A stretch of 64,000 nt of DNA from NCBI GenBank assembly GCA_963823035.1, contig CAWGKG010000017.1, positions 32,001 through 96,000 of the forward strand. Reading direction: 5' to 3'. Of this stretch, positions 63,184 to 64,000 are shown piece after piece (within the stretch, counting starts at the first letter, position 1; the number at the start of each line of letters is the position of its first letter). This DNA is from an uncultured Gemmatimonadales bacterium (GTDB lineage: Bacteria; Gemmatimonadota; Gemmatimonadetes; Longimicrobiales; Gaopeijiaceae). A program made the translations under genes and the position numbers. A model generated the notes under the pieces. That model had not been told where the DNA came from and made no database searches. It saw nothing but the letters and a program-made list of their open reading frames with translations.

Positions 63184-63762
63184 TCAGTTCACCGTCACGT
63201 AGCCCCGGTCCTTCAGGACGGCTATCGCCGTCATCGCGGAGAGCGCGATGCGCATGTACGGCTGTAGCCGGTCCCGGGGCAGGTCCCGCGACATCGCGCT
63301 CTGACCGCACAGGTAGATCTCCACGCCCGCGGCGTCGAGCTGTCGCAGGAGGCCTTCGTTCCGGTTCGCCGTGCCGTAGCGCTCCGGAAGAGCTCCGCGT
63401 CGAGCGCGTCCTTGGCGGCCTCCCCGTGCATCACGACGCGCGACGTGCACCCGGTCACGAGGGACGCCGGCGCGGGCATGCATGTTCAGGAAGCGCGCGA
63501 CCGTGTTGAGGAAGGGGTTCACCTCCCCGGGGGTCTCCGACGACTGCGCGACCTCGAAGACCACGCGCAGGTCCCGGTCGAGGGGGGTGGCGAGGTCCGG
63601 GTCGGGGATGTCCCACACCGCGCCGTAGCCGTGGACGACCGGTCCGTCCGAGGCGGCGGGCCTCTCCTGGGCGAGCGCAGGCGCCGCGAGCGCGCCGAGG
63701 GAGACGAGGACGAGGGAGAAGGCGCGGGTCGGCGAAGCAGCGGAGCGAAGGGATCGGATCAT
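63184..63762 (-). CDS. Exported DsrE-like protein; compensating frameshifts
   Basis: VARFLNMH, VVMHG (alternate frame), GVEIYLCGQS, ALSAMT. Confidence 0.8.
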   Translation of the reverse strand: MIRSLRSAASPTRAFSLVLVSLGALAAPALAQERPAASDGPVVHGYGAVWDIPDPDLATPLDRDLRVVFEVAQSSETPGEVNPFLNTVARFLNMHARAGVPRDRVHVARRDARGGRQGRARRGALPERYGTANRNEGLLRQLDAAGVEIYLCGQSAMSRDLPRDRLQPYMRIALSAMTAIAVLKDRGYVTVN

Positions 63763-63897
63763 GGCTCGCGAGGGCGCGTCGGGTGCGGTGGGCCGCGGCG
63801 TGTTCGCGCGTCGCCCCGGCGTTCGCGGCGTCCGGGCGGTCGAGTTTCCTCCGACACCGTCGACGCTCAGGGAGAACCTACCCCTCGGAGGAGGAGC

Positions 63898-64000
63898 ATG
63901 CACAAACTGAACTGCTGGGAAGTCCGAGGATGTGGCCGACAGCCGGGTGGGGTCAATGTGGCCGACTGGGGATCTGCCCCGCCTCGGTGGATGAGTGGGC
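63898..64000 (+). CDS. Two-CW-domain protein, N-terminal fragment
   Basis: GGAGGAG RBS; MHKLNCWEVRGCGRQPGG..G.CPA. Confidence 0.7.
   Translation, partial: MHKLNCWEVRGCGRQPGGVNVADWGSAPPRWMSG

Overview
A very GC-rich bacterial window. The gene content (BlaI/M56-HEAT module, PadR plus ADOP permease, kinase-coupled ECF sigma factor, GspE-REC fusion, M16 peptidase pair, monomeric IDH) suggests Gemmatimonadota or a similar lineage; this is inference only. I see about 55 protein-coding genes and no rRNA, tRNA, CRISPR array or transposase. Many genes, including icd, carry single-base frame breaks that look like long-read consensus errors, so several boundaries are approximate. Best candidate for an undescribed system: 10.6-18.3 kb, where a fused RRE/E1-like/YcaO cyclodehydratase is followed by a NarL-type response regulator, a ~436-aa protein with two nitrile-hydratase-leader-like (BMA_0021-like) modules, and a beta-propeller/Y_Y_Y sensor kinase, with tandem operator-like repeats upstream. 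Second candidate: 25.2-27.2 kb, a SET-domain methyltransferase next to a peptidoglycan-binding protein with a Lys-repeat disordered tail, divergent from a DUF6065 gene. Other points: a Nal1-like protease with a stand-alone copy of its N-terminal domain, a leader ORF and structured terminator before an ABC/DUF1854 pair, an orphan pilin coupled to an HD-GYP protein, two ATPase-REC fusions, and an ECF-kinase locus with two internal deletions. All family assignments come from motif recognition by eye, not database searches.
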